A stretch of 64,000 nucleotides of DNA from Patescibacteria group bacterium (GTDB lineage: Bacteria; Patescibacteriota; Patescibacteriia; UM-FILTER-42-10). The stretch lies in NCBI GenBank assembly GCA_041666845.1, contig JBAYGC010000002.1:12499-76498 (forward strand), in the 5' to 3' direction. How positions within the stretch are numbered: position 1 is the first letter of the stretch; each line of letters begins with the position of its first letter. The notes below the pieces were generated by a model. The model was not told the DNA's origin. It was given only the letters and a program-made list of their open reading frames with translations, and searched no databases. The translations under genes were made by a program, and so were the position numbers. Shown in pieces: positions 19,642-29,137 of this stretch.

Positions 19642-19688
19642 ATAAATCAAAAATCCGCATTAGTTTGAACTGCGGAATTTTTATTGTA

Positions 19689-21178
19689 TTATTTGCGGAT
19701 TTTTTCCGTCACATTAAAGCCCATGTATTTCCCCAGCATTAGCCTGGTCTGAGCATCGATTGCCGGAATTGAACCGAAGAAAATCATTGTTACCGGAAAA
19801 AGCACCCATTGCAGAAGCATTTCGACAAACTTAATTTTATGTTTTTGTTCCGGCCGCTTTGGCAGTAAGGTCGTGCTGAAGATTGCCATTAAAATCAGGC
19901 CAATCATTGCCGCGCTCATCAGCCATTCCAATACATATGGCGCTGTTTGTGCGGCAATTGATGAGGACTCCTGATACCTGGCGACCGCGAGCGGGAGTCT
20001 GCCCAGGATAAAAATCAAAATTGGAGCGGTGGCCCAGGAATAATGCCCCTCTGCCATGTTCCACACATAGTGGAATTTTTGTCGCCATCTAATTTTTTTA
20101 TTCTTTTTAAAAAACCAAAGCATATACGGAAAATGTTCGATGCCGTATGCCCAGCGCCTTTGCTGCTTGTATTGATTCTTCAGACTCTGCCACAGGGTAC
20201 TACCCATAACCGTATCCATAGAAACCGGTATATACATCGGGGTTACTGTGTAATCCCCGTCGTATTCCAGAAAACACTGCAGAAATATCCTGGAATCTTC
20301 TGTGACAATATCGTTTTGCCAGAAATCAATATCCACCAGTGCGCGAAAGCTCATGCTGTGCGATGAAAATGTGAACAATCTTTCCGGCCGCAACTGTTCA
20401 GTCATCAGCCAAAATGTCGTGCCGTTCGCCACCACCCGCATCAGTGCCGGCGAATCCCAGATATTATTATTAAACAATGGCACCGGCTGGAAACTGGTTT
20501 TAGTCGGATTCGGATGATTGAGATACATGTTCGTCAAATACGCAAAATACTCACTGTGCACGCATGTATCAACATCAAACGAGGATACAATAACGTTCTC
20601 ATACGGGATATTTTGGCTATCAATATACTCTTTGTTTTTCTTCCCGCCCAGGCAATATTTGACCCTTTACCGGGCATTTCTCCAGGAATATTTGCCGGAT
20701 GTTCTACCACCAGTAATTTATGAAACATACTGCCGAATTCTCTTTGCATGATTTCCGCAATCCCTCTAGCTCTTTCTTTATCCCGCTCTTCAATAGCAAA
20801 AGTTACAATGAATTTATCTTTTGGGTAGCTGGAATTTACTAGACTTTGAAAAGTCGAACGAATAACTTCAATTGGCTCCTTGTATGTCGGCAACATAATG
20901 AAATGATACATATCGTTCCACCTGGGATTTTTCTTGCATTCATTCAGCCAATTTACCTTGATCGCTTTTTTGAAACGGCGATATGAAATAATCATGTACA
21001 GTTGCAGATACAGTATGCGCATCAGCCATAGCAAATCAAAAACGATTATAAAATAAATTACCCAAATCGGCTGGAAAAATGAAAGTGAAATAGCAGCAAT
21101 AAAAGTTGTCCAGGTCAGCGTACCTGGGATTATTTCCAGAAGTCGATATTTGCGATAATCAGACAGTTTGTTAAACAT
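19689..21178 (-). pseudogene. Family 2 glycosyltransferase (processive type, D/DxD/TED/QxxRW) interrupted by a single frameshift
   Basis: The upstream ORF (20534..21178) carries the N-terminal GT2 region ending ...PGKGSNIAWAGRK. In the -1 frame the sequence continues KKNKEYIDSQNIPYENVIVSSFDVDT (DxD) and runs into ORF 19689..20561 with TED and QQRRW. The frames switch in an A5 run on the coding strand at 20635-20639. Confidence 0.6.
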
Positions 21179-22037
21179 ATAATTTTTGACATTTAGAGCA
21201 ATAGGTTGTCCCGCGGTTATTTACTTTCGTCCTGGACAGTTTAGTTTTACAGCGGAAACAATTTTGTCCGTCACGTTTGTATACTTTTCTCACATTCTGA
21301 TAATTACCTTTTTTACCGAGCGCATCACGGTAGTCAGATATGGATGTACCGCGATACTTTACCGCTTTTTTCAGTATTTTAACAATAGCGGTGTGAATAG
21401 CTTTGCTTTGCCTGGTATTCAGACTGTCCGTTTTCTGTTTAGGATTGATCTTTGCTTCCCACAAAATTTCATCGGCGTAAATATTCCCGATTCCTGATAC
21501 AACATTCTGATCCAGTAAAATAGATTTTATAAAACCTTTCCTATTTCGAAGCTTTGCTTTAAATATATCATAGGTAAATTCGCTGCTCAGCGGTTCCGGA
21601 CCAAGTTTTTTTAATCGTGGTACGGTATTTTCCTCGCTTGTTTTATACAGTTTAATTTCCCCAAACCTTCTCACATCTGAAAACGCCAGCTCTTTATTAT
21701 CGTCCAAATAGAAGCAGGTACGTATAAATTGATTAAAAGAGTCATAAAACGGGCTGTCTTTCTGCTCCTTTTTCTTCCAATCATGATCGCGGTAGAGTAA
21801 GTGGCCGGTCATTTTCAGATGAATCAGCAATGTCTGATCGCCATTAAAATCAATCAGAATATTTTTTGCCCGCCTTCTAACACCTAACACTTTTCGGCCT
21901 GTAACCCCCTTTCTGACATGCAAAACTGAAGGATAAAAACTTTTCGGCCAATCAGTCCATATTTTTTGAAAGGTATGTCCTTTCAATTTTACATTCAAGT
22001 CAGAAACAATTGTTTGTACTTCGGGAAGTTCCGGCAT
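21171..22037 (-). CDS. mutM: Formamidopyrimidine-DNA glycosylase
   Basis: N-terminal PELPEV, H2TH region, and C-terminal zinc finger CFRCKTKL...CSKCQ. Confidence 0.85.
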   Translation of the reverse strand: MPELPEVQTIVSDLNVKLKGHTFQKIWTDWPKSFYPSVLHVRKGVTGRKVLGVRRRAKNILIDFNGDQTLLIHLKMTGHLLYRDHDWKKKEQKDSPFYDSFNQFIRTCFYLDDNKELAFSDVRRFGEIKLYKTSEENTVPRLKKLGPEPLSSEFTYDIFKAKLRNRKGFIKSILLDQNVVSGIGNIYADEILWEAKINPKQKTDSLNTRQSKAIHTAIVKILKKAVKYRGTSISDYRDALGKKGNYQNVRKVYKRDGQNCFRCKTKLSRTKVNNRGTTYCSKCQKLYV

Positions 22038-22038
22038 A

Positions 22039-22410
22039 TTAGATTATAGTTTTTGATTTAAAATATTTTTCCTGAAAATCAATCATGCTTTTAATTTCTT
22101 TGATACTGTATTTATGCTGAGCAACTACCAGTTTGAATTCATTATCATCGTCCCTTTCCACAAACGCAACAACCACGCCATCATACTCATTTATCGGATT
22201 ATCAATTCCTAATACATAGGCATCAATCGCTTCCCCGTCACCCGCCATAGTTCCTGGAATATATCCGTAATTTAATTCGTATATAGCTTGAGGAAAATCG
22301 GGATGTATTGAGCCGATCGGCCGGTCAATAATCACTTTCACTTTTTTACCTAACCATTTTTTTGATTCTCGTTTCATTTGATTATGCAAATTATACCCTA
22401 TTTGAATCAT
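22039..22410 (-). CDS. Inorganic pyrophosphatase-like protein, N-terminally truncated relative to family I PPases
   Basis: NYGYIPGT...DGEAIDAYVLG matches the PPase core NYGfIPqT...DGDPlDvLV. It lacks about 30 N-terminal residues that carry catalytic E/K residues in canonical PPases. Confidence 0.45.
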   Translation of the reverse strand: MIQIGYNLHNQMKRESKKWLGKKVKVIIDRPIGSIHPDFPQAIYELNYGYIPGTMAGDGEAIDAYVLGIDNPINEYDGVVVAFVERDDDNEFKLVVAQHKYSIKEIKSMIDFQEKYFKSKTII

Positions 22411-22431
22411 AAAATAAAGAATTGGACAACC

Positions 22432-22471
22432 AAAAAGACCCCACCGCGGTAAGCGGATCGGGGTCCTTTTT
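22432..22471 (-). terminator. Intrinsic (bidirectional) terminator downstream of HU gene
   Basis: GACCCC-(17 nt)-GGGGTC hairpin flanked by an A5 tract and a T5 tract. Confidence 0.55.
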
Positions 22472-22494
22472 CCTCCTTAGCAATTTCGATTTTA

Positions 22495-22776
22495 CTAGAG
22501 AATTGCGTCTTTTGCTGCTTTGGCGACTCTGAATTTCAGCACTGTTTTGGCTTTGATCTGAATCTGTTCGCCTGTGGCTGGGTTTCGGCCCATGCGAGCT
22601 TCACGATGCTTCTTGATCATCTTTCCCAAACCTGGGAGAGTGATTTCACCGCTTGATTTACATTCTTTGTAAACCAACTCGTTTAGGTTTTCCATGAAGG
22701 AAACAACCTCTTTTTTTTGAAGACCGGTTTTTTCAACCAGCGCTCCAATGAATTGAGACTTGGTCATTGATGCCAT
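22495..22776 (-). CDS. hup: HU family DNA-binding protein
   Basis: HU signature including [24 protein letters not shown] (arm region), 93 aa. Confidence 0.85.
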   Translation of the reverse strand: MASMTKSQFIGALVEKTGLQKKEVVSFMENLNELVYKECKSSGEITLPGLGKMIKKHREARMGRNPATGEQIQIKAKTVLKFRVAKAAKDAIL

Positions 22777-23034
22777 AAAATTCTCGTTCCTTACTTAATT
22801 AGTTATTCACATGTTAATGATTACATGCGTAGTATATACTATTTTGCAATATTTGCATAGATTCCCCTTTGTTTATAAGTATTTTCATCGGGGAAGCACA
22901 ATTGCGCTCCTATATAAATTTTTCAACATGCGGATATTTTGGCTAATTTAAGCCATTTTTCATCAACACTGGAAATCTCTGTATGCATAAGAAATTAATT
23001 GTATAGCAACTATTATATCACCTGATAAAATGGT

Positions 23035-24525
23035 ATGATTGTTATTATGAAAAGACGATCCGGAATATTATTACACATTACATCACTGCCCAGTCCGTAT
23101 GGAATTGGTGATTTGGGGAAGGAAGCATTTCGATTTATCGATTTCTTAAGTATGTCCGGGCAGAGTATCTGGCAAATTCTTCCACTGACCATACCGGACT
23201 CGATCGGTTCGCCATATGCGTCCCCGTCGGCGTTCGCCGGCAATTGGCTTTTAATCAGCCCGGAAGAACTGGTAAAGGAAGGATTGCTGCATAAAAAATC
23301 ACTTCCTAAACAAAAAAGGGTGACCGCAATCAAATATTCGAAAGTATTCCAGGAGCGGAGAAAGCTTGTTGAAGTTTCATATGAATATTTCCATAAACAT
23401 GCCTCTGCCGAACAAAAAAACAACTTTGAAGACTTTATTGAGCGGCACACAAAATGGCTTGACGATTTCGGATTGTTTATGGCGCTAAAGGACTATTTTA
23501 AAGGCGCACGGTGGTTCAATTGGCCCGAGAATATCGCCAATAGAGATGCAGAAGCAATTAAGTACTGGTATAAAAAACTGCACCGTCAAATCAGAGTGTA
23601 CCAGTATGGGCAATGGATATTTTTTACGCAATATACAAAGATTAAAAAATACGCAAATAAAAAAGGTATTAGAATTTTTGGTGACATTCCGTTTTTTATC
23701 ATTCACGACAGTGTTAATGTCTGGGTTGACAGAGATTTGTTCTTGCTCGACGACGAATACCAGCCTCTAGCCAAATCCGGGGTACCGCCGGATTATTTCA
23801 GCAAGCGCGGACAGCTGTGGGGTGACCCGCAGTACGACTGGGAAAAAATGAAAAAAAATGATTTCCGCTGGTTTATCAGACGGATCAAAAAAGCGGAACA
23901 TTTTTATGATGACGTCAGATTGGATCATTTCAGAGGTTACGCGGCAGTATGGCATGTTGATCCCAAATCCAAGACATCTAAGAATGGCAAATGGGTTCAA
24001 GTTCCCGGTATTGATATATTTAAACAGGTAAAAAGCAGATTCAAAGATATATCCATAATTGCTGAAGACCTTGGGTATATAACTCGCGACGTGGTTAGAT
24101 TGAAAGAGTATTTCAAATTTCCCGGCATGAGAGTAATGCAGTTCGGTTTTAGCGGAAAACGGAATAATTTTCATCTACCAGCAAACTTCCCGACTGATTG
24201 TGTCGCTTATACCGGCACGCATGATAACGACACAACCTACGGCTGGATTACAAAGTCCGGTAAAACACCACAGAGAAAATTTGCACTAGCATACACAAAA
24301 ACCGACAAGAAGCATTTTGCGTGGAAATTAATTGAACTGGGTATGCGCTCCAGGGCGTGCTGGTTTATCTTTCCAATTCAGGACGCCTTGAATCTGGGTT
24401 CTGAGGCACGCATGAACAAACCTTCAACCAGGAAGAAAAATTGGCAATGGCGCTTGAAAAAAAACGCATTATCGGATGAACTGGCAACCGAAATAAAAAA
24501 TATCACCAAGTCGTCCGGCAGATAA
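23035..24525 (+). CDS. malQ: 4-alpha-glucanotransferase (amylomaltase, GH77)
   Basis: N-terminal RRSGILLHITSLPSPYGIGDLG typical of GH77, and 496 aa length. Confidence 0.85.
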   Translation: MIVIMKRRSGILLHITSLPSPYGIGDLGKEAFRFIDFLSMSGQSIWQILPLTIPDSIGSPYASPSAFAGNWLLISPEELVKEGLLHKKSLPKQKRVTAIKYSKVFQERRKLVEVSYEYFHKHASAEQKNNFEDFIERHTKWLDDFGLFMALKDYFKGARWFNWPENIANRDAEAIKYWYKKLHRQIRVYQYGQWIFFTQYTKIKKYANKKGIRIFGDIPFFIIHDSVNVWVDRDLFLLDDEYQPLAKSGVPPDYFSKRGQLWGDPQYDWEKMKKNDFRWFIRRIKKAEHFYDDVRLDHFRGYAAVWHVDPKSKTSKNGKWVQVPGIDIFKQVKSRFKDISIIAEDLGYITRDVVRLKEYFKFPGMRVMQFGFSGKRNNFHLPANFPTDCVAYTGTHDNDTTYGWITKSGKTPQRKFALAYTKTDKKHFAWKLIELGMRSRACWFIFPIQDALNLGSEARMNKPSTRKKNWQWRLKKNALSDELATEIKNITKSSGR

Positions 24526-24536
24526 TGATTATAATA

Positions 24537-24570
24537 GCGACCCGCTAACACATGCGTTCGGTCGCTTTTT
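24537..24570 (+). terminator. Intrinsic terminator of malQ
   Basis: GCGACC-(16 nt)-GGTCGC hairpin followed by TTTTT. Confidence 0.6.
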
Positions 24571-24787
24571 GATTACCCTACAATCAGATTTCCGACCATT
24601 CCCATTTGCCGGTAGTTTTGAACGCTACAATAGTATTCAAATGCTCCTGTTTTATTAGCAGTGAGTTCCACCGATCCGTTCTGTGCACTGCTGATTAGTC
24701 CTGAGTTAGTATCAAATTCAGCCACCATCCAATCGGGAGTTTCCCCCGAGCAGATTAAATTTATTCATACTTTTTCCGTAGATTTAA

Positions 24788-24982
24788 CTAATCCACCTTT
24801 TCCCAAGTCGCATCGTCAGCAACTTCCTCAATATTTATTTTTTTCTGAGGAATTAGACACGAAACACACTCAGGAAATTTTTCTCCTTTCTTCAATCTGG
24901 ATTTATAGCCACATGGCATACAAAGATATTCGCCTGTTTCCGGCGCTCTGTCGCCAGCGTAGTAAAACTTTTTAATAGACAT
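24788..24982 (-). CDS. Small zinc-ribbon protein (CxxC...CxxC)
   Basis: CMPCGY...CVSC cysteine pairs in 64 aa. It lies 15 nt upstream of the FMN reductase gene and may be a rubredoxin-like partner (speculative). Confidence 0.4.
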   Translation of the reverse strand: MSIKKFYYAGDRAPETGEYLCMPCGYKSRLKKGEKFPECVSCLIPQKKINIEEVADDATWEKVD

Positions 24983-24997
24983 ATCTCCTCCTCAATG

Positions 24998-25564
24998 TTA
25001 GGAAATAATATTTTCTCTCCCCCATTTAAGGGTTTTTGTCATCCAAATTAATTCCTGTAAAAAGCTCTCCACCCTTTCATCGTATGAGGTATCTAAAATG
25101 TTACCTTCACTGTCGAATAGTTTATCAACTTTTGAGAAATTCAAATCATACTTAATCATCGATAATTGAACTGTCTTCATTACAGACGCCAGACTTTCAA
25201 TAGCTCTCGTACCGCCAAAACCACCATCAGAAACACCGCATAATCCGACTGTTTTATGTTTGTATTCGGGTAAAAACATATCTAAAGCCATCTTTAGGCT
25301 CCCTGGAAAACTATGATTATATTCCGGAGATACAATTATCAGACCATCCGCTGTTTCAACCAGTTTTTTGAAATCAGAATTTTTTTCTCCTAAAGCACGC
25401 CCTTCCGTGCCTGAAAAATTTAATTTTTTAACATCAATTATTTGTGTTACAATTCCCGTTTTTTCTTTCACCTTTTTTTCCATATATTTCGCAACTTTTT
25501 CACTTTCACGCCCTTCTCTGGTTGTGCCGAGAATGATCGGCAAATATAGAACATCTTCTGTCAT
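24998..25564 (-). CDS. NADPH-dependent FMN reductase / flavodoxin-like fold protein
   Basis: N-terminal ILGTTREGRESEKVAKY flavin-binding motif and family length. Confidence 0.7.
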   Translation of the reverse strand: MTEDVLYLPIILGTTREGRESEKVAKYMEKKVKEKTGIVTQIIDVKKLNFSGTEGRALGEKNSDFKKLVETADGLIIVSPEYNHSFPGSLKMALDMFLPEYKHKTVGLCGVSDGGFGGTRAIESLASVMKTVQLSMIKYDLNFSKVDKLFDSEGNILDTSYDERVESFLQELIWMTKTLKWGRENIIS

Positions 25565-25587
25565 ATAATTGATGTTTATTTACTTAC

Positions 25588-26310
25588 TTAATTAATATAT
25601 TGTCGCGGATCCAGCCAATTATCCAGCTCTTCTTTGGTCTGCACATATCCTTTGATATCAATTTCAATCCCCTTATGTATCCCAAAATGCAGATGTTTTC
25701 TTTCTCCGTCCGTTTCAGCGCTTTTGTCTGCGCCCAGCAACCCTATTATATCCCCTTTATTGATATTTGATCCAACTTCAGGTATTACGGTTGATATTCT
25801 TAGATGACCATAAATTACCGTCACAGTCTGACCGTTCAAATCACATTCTTGAACGATTACTCCTCCGTAGCCGTTTGCGGTGGTTTTCATTCTAAGCGGT
25901 CCGGCGCAAAATGACTTGACCTCCACATCGCTATTCAACTCATCGGCAAAAACCTCAAAATCAGATCCAGTATGATACCCAAAAAATCTTTCCGGCTGAA
26001 CCGGCGAATTAGTCTTCGTTATTCTGATGCCAAATGGTTTTTTACTGATTCGCTCACTTGGTCGATCCAACGGACTCTGATAATCTTCAGTACTATTTTT
26101 ACTGTTAGTGTTCTGATTCAAATTGGCATTACTGATATCTGCTGTCCACAAATTTACTGAAGCACTATTATTGATTGTTATATCGCTATTAATGTTCTGC
26201 CTCTTTGCAATTTGCAAAAAAACAAACACACCTAGAAATATAATAACTACTAATAAACCGTATAAAATTTTCTCAAATCTTTCACCCATTACTTTCCCTT
26301 TACGTGGCAT
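25588..26310 (-). CDS. M23 family metallopeptidase (LytM-like), membrane-anchored
   Basis: HxxxD...HLHFGIH motif pattern of M23 peptidases, with an N-terminal TM anchor. Confidence 0.75.
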   Translation of the reverse strand: MPRKGKVMGERFEKILYGLLVVIIFLGVFVFLQIAKRQNINSDITINNSASVNLWTADISNANLNQNTNSKNSTEDYQSPLDRPSERISKKPFGIRITKTNSPVQPERFFGYHTGSDFEVFADELNSDVEVKSFCAGPLRMKTTANGYGGVIVQECDLNGQTVTVIYGHLRISTVIPEVGSNINKGDIIGLLGADKSAETDGERKHLHFGIHKGIEIDIKGYVQTKEELDNWLDPRQYIN

Positions 26311-26429
26311 TAAGTAAAACTCCCACCACTAAATGGAAGGAGTTTCATTAATTTGTTAGCAACCGCAGTCAGGACCTGATGTCATAGTATTTTCCTTTCA
26401 TTTTCGCCTGCTTACTATTACAGGCCTTA

Positions 26430-26795
26430 TTAGTGAATATGTTTATCTAAATGATTATCCAGCATTCCGATAAGATTTTTATCTCCCGTTTCAAGCAAGT
26501 AACAGACACGCTTGCCCATTTTATGCTTCGTTATAATATTCGAGCGCTCCATCATATTTAGCTGGTGTGACACCGCACTGACACTGATATTCAATACGAA
26601 AGCGATATCTGAAACGCAGATCTCATTGTAATGCTTCAATAGCAGTAATATCTTTATCCTGGTTGGATCCGATAAAACATTGCATAAATCGCTTTGGATT
26701 TTAATATGTTTACTATTTTTTCCTAGCCAGTTCTGATTCCTTAATATTTGCTGTTTTGTTAACATAATACGTTTTATCACTTGCTCAAGTATCAT
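26430..26795 (-). CDS. ArsR/SmtB family transcriptional regulator
   Basis: HTH region LSDPTRIKILLLL...CVSDIAFVLNISVSAVSHQLNMM. Confidence 0.7.
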   Translation of the reverse strand: MILEQVIKRIMLTKQQILRNQNWLGKNSKHIKIQSDLCNVLSDPTRIKILLLLKHYNEICVSDIAFVLNISVSAVSHQLNMMERSNIITKHKMGKRVCYLLETGDKNLIGMLDNHLDKHIH

Positions 26796-27262
26796 AATGA
26801 TATATCAATTGATTTTATCAGTCAAGCAGTTTTTCTGCCAGTTGCCGTGACTTGACAATCTTCTATATTTGTACTATTTTCCTTGTATGTTGATCTTTGA
26901 AACAACGATGTGGGTGGGAGGACCGCCACACCAATAAGCAGGCAGAAATGCTACCCTAGGGGTAACATTGACTGGCGAGCTTGCCAGAGGCAGTTGATTG
27001 CAACTGCACTGGCTTGCTCGTCCGTGGGCAGATGTTGCCCCCTGGGAATTGCTAAAGTGCGCGCCCTCCTACCCCACTTTTCTTCTTTTTTGCCCCGCGG
27101 GTGGAATTTCTGCCCGCATTACATGCCACCCCACAACCCGTTTCTACAGGGAGGTACGCCCAATGTACTCGTGGAGTTACGCACGCCACGGGTTCGGTTG
27201 ACTTGCGATCTTCTCCGTCTGAGTAGTCAATGCCCACGGCTCTAAGATGAGAGGATCATCGC

Positions 27263-27628
27263 ATGTGCGACAGAACCCAGTGGAATGTGAAACATGTCCT
27301 CGTCGTTCAGTCCGTCTTCCCGACGAACAAGGAATCCCCTGTCGGATGCGCGCGCAATGTCTTGTTGTGCACCTGCGGGAGCTGCATGAGCTCCAACAGC
27401 CCGATGACACCCGCAGGACCCCTGCACAGCTACCTGAACAGGTGCTTCGAGCAGGACATTGCTGATGCCGTGGCGGGAGGCTATGAGCCGCCCGTCAATC
27501 TCCTGAGCATGCCGAAGCTCGACCCGCGTACCGGCACGGCGAAGCCGACCAAGAGGCAGGCTGCCACGCTGATCAGGCAGATCGGTCCGGATGCCCTGTC
27601 ATCCGACATCGTCGCAGCCTACGCCTAG
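27263..27628 (+). CDS. Hypothetical Cys-containing protein in GC-rich island; the true start may be the internal Met at 27386
   Basis: Strong GC3 codon bias in the C-terminal 60 codons and a Cys cluster (CTCGSC). It is followed by an intrinsic terminator. The start is uncertain. Confidence 0.3.
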   Translation: MCDRTQWNVKHVLVVQSVFPTNKESPVGCARNVLLCTCGSCMSSNSPMTPAGPLHSYLNRCFEQDIADAVAGGYEPPVNLLSMPKLDPRTGTAKPTKRQAATLIRQIGPDALSSDIVAAYA

Positions 27629-27656
27629 CGTGGGAGAAGAACATCGTTGATTTGCA

Positions 27657-27694
27657 CCCCGGGCGAGCCTTGAAGACTCGCCCATTTTTTATTT
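27657..27694 (+). terminator. Intrinsic terminator
   Basis: GGGCGAG-(9 nt)-CTCGCCC hairpin followed by ATTTTTTATTT. Confidence 0.6.
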
Positions 27695-27713
27695 AAAACA
27701 TTTATTTACGATG

Positions 27714-27742
27714 TTGACACCGCTACGTAAATGGATTAGCAT
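27714..27742 (+). promoter_or_regulatory. Sigma70-like promoter (TTGACA-17-TAGCAT)
   Basis: Perfect -35 at 27714-27719, 17-nt spacer, and -10-like TAGCAT at 27737-27742, about 45 nt upstream of a strong RBS. Confidence 0.4.
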
Positions 27743-27790
27743 AGTAAACTACCTCGTTGGCTGATTTCACGTTTCACGGAGGAGGTGAAA

Positions 27791-28099
27791 ATGTCAGGCA
27801 ACCGGTTCGTCCTGTTTTGCGTGATGCTTTTCCTTGGAATCACCATCTCTCCCCTGTTCAGTATCATCGCATTGGTTATATACCTTGCACCTTCGAAACC
27901 TTGCTTCATCCCCCGTGACGCTGACGGCAGACGCTGTTGTCCCCTCTGCCACTCCAGGCGCTATCTCATCTTCCCGACTCGGCAGAGGGACAACCCGGGT
28001 TTTTCCTGGGCTTTGGCATTTGGCAAAAACCAGATGGAATACCGCTGCCAGGACTGCACAATGAGTTGGAAAGAATCCGGGGACGGCAAACCGCGTTGA
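27791..28099 (+). CDS. Small membrane-anchored Cys-rich (zinc-ribbon-like) protein in GC-rich island
   Basis: Strong Shine-Dalgarno GGAGGAGG lies 5 nt upstream of ATG 27791; the track start 27785 is a GTG. N-terminal TM helix, then CCPLCHS...CQDC. Confidence 0.4.
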   Translation: MSGNRFVLFCVMLFLGITISPLFSIIALVIYLAPSKPCFIPRDADGRRCCPLCHSRRYLIFPTRQRDNPGFSWALAFGKNQMEYRCQDCTMSWKESGDGKPR

Positions 28100-28139
28100 T
28101 GTTCTATCAGCGCTTTTTTTATTGATATATTTTTTCTTT

Positions 28140-28475
28140 CTATCTGAACATCTTGGACAGAAACCAGTTTACAATTGTCAGCACCACGCCAAACAGCATT
28201 GCCCACCAGAAACTGGCGACAAAGAAACCGGGAACAATTGTAGTCATCAATATAATCAACAGCGCATTAATAACCAAAGTAAACAGACCGAGAGTCAGAA
28301 TATTGATCGGTAATGTAAAAATCACCAGTACTGGCCTGATAAATGTATTAATCAGGCCCATAACCAGCGCTCCGATTAGCGCCGCAAAAAATCCGTCAAC
28401 TTCAACACCCGGTAATAAATATGCGGCAATCATGATAGCAACCGTTGCGAGTAACCATTTTATTAACATTTTCAT
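28140..28475 (-). CDS. Phage-holin-4_2 (PF04020/YvlD-like) family 4-TM membrane protein
   Basis: LLPGVEVDGFFAALIGALVMGLINTFIRPVLVIFTLPINILTLGLFTLVINALLI matches the family consensus. Confidence 0.6.
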   Translation of the reverse strand: MKMLIKWLLATVAIMIAAYLLPGVEVDGFFAALIGALVMGLINTFIRPVLVIFTLPINILTLGLFTLVINALLIILMTTIVPGFFVASFWWAMLFGVVLTIVNWFLSKMFR

Positions 28476-28684
28476 ATATATTTCATTAATATTAAGTGTA
28501 TTAATTATATCAGTTTAGTATATAAAATAAAGTGACTTATTTAAAAGCACATTTTGCAATATTAGATTAGCCAAAGTATAATGAAGATATCCGATTACGT
28601 ATAATACACAAATTATGTTGTATTAACGCAGTATACTCGATAGAAAGATGCTGGGAGAAATTTTATAAATTTTCTAACACAAAA

Positions 28685-29050
28685 ATGGAAAAAGGACCAC
28701 AACTAAATAGAGATCAAAAAAATGAGTATATACTAGAAGCACTAAATCAATTGCGCTACCTTAAAGATGCCTATAAACCTGAAATTCCTGACGAGATCCT
28801 TTGTGGGGTATCGCCAGATAAAAATTATAAAGTTAGAAAAAACTGGTGGGCAGGATTATTTGTTATGTTAGACCAAAGGATTCTACCACTTCTTTCTGGA
28901 GGCAATTACGAAGAATTAACAAATACCATAAAACAGTTTGAGCAAGATTATGGAGATGAGAAATTTAAAAATCGCTTAACAACTGAAGACGATATAGAAA
29001 GAGCTGATTCTTTAATTAAAGAGATAATCCTCATTTTAGAAAATTTATAA
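28685..29050 (+). CDS. Hypothetical protein
   Basis: ORF only. Confidence 0.3.
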   Translation: MEKGPQLNRDQKNEYILEALNQLRYLKDAYKPEIPDEILCGVSPDKNYKVRKNWWAGLFVMLDQRILPLLSGGNYEELTNTIKQFEQDYGDEKFKNRLTTEDDIERADSLIKEIILILENL

Positions 29051-29137
29051 AATTTCGCCCAACACCACGTATGCGGTTTCCGTCAAATGCGGACAGGCCG
29101 CGAACTATAATTGATTATTAATAATTAAACTAAAAAT

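Noticed and set aside
24661-24975. Plus-strand 104-aa ORF overlapping the zinc-ribbon gene
   Set aside because: It is antisense to the CxxC...CxxC ORF, has no motif, and its N-terminal part covers an intergenic hairpin. Judged spurious.
26890-27260. RNase P RNA, tmRNA, 6S, group II intron domain V in the structured non-coding part of the GC island
   Set aside because: None of the diagnostic conserved blocks (P4 AGGAAAGUCCGGGCUCC, tmRNA tag/3' end, domain V GAAA bulge consensus) is present. It is left as an unclassified structured segment.
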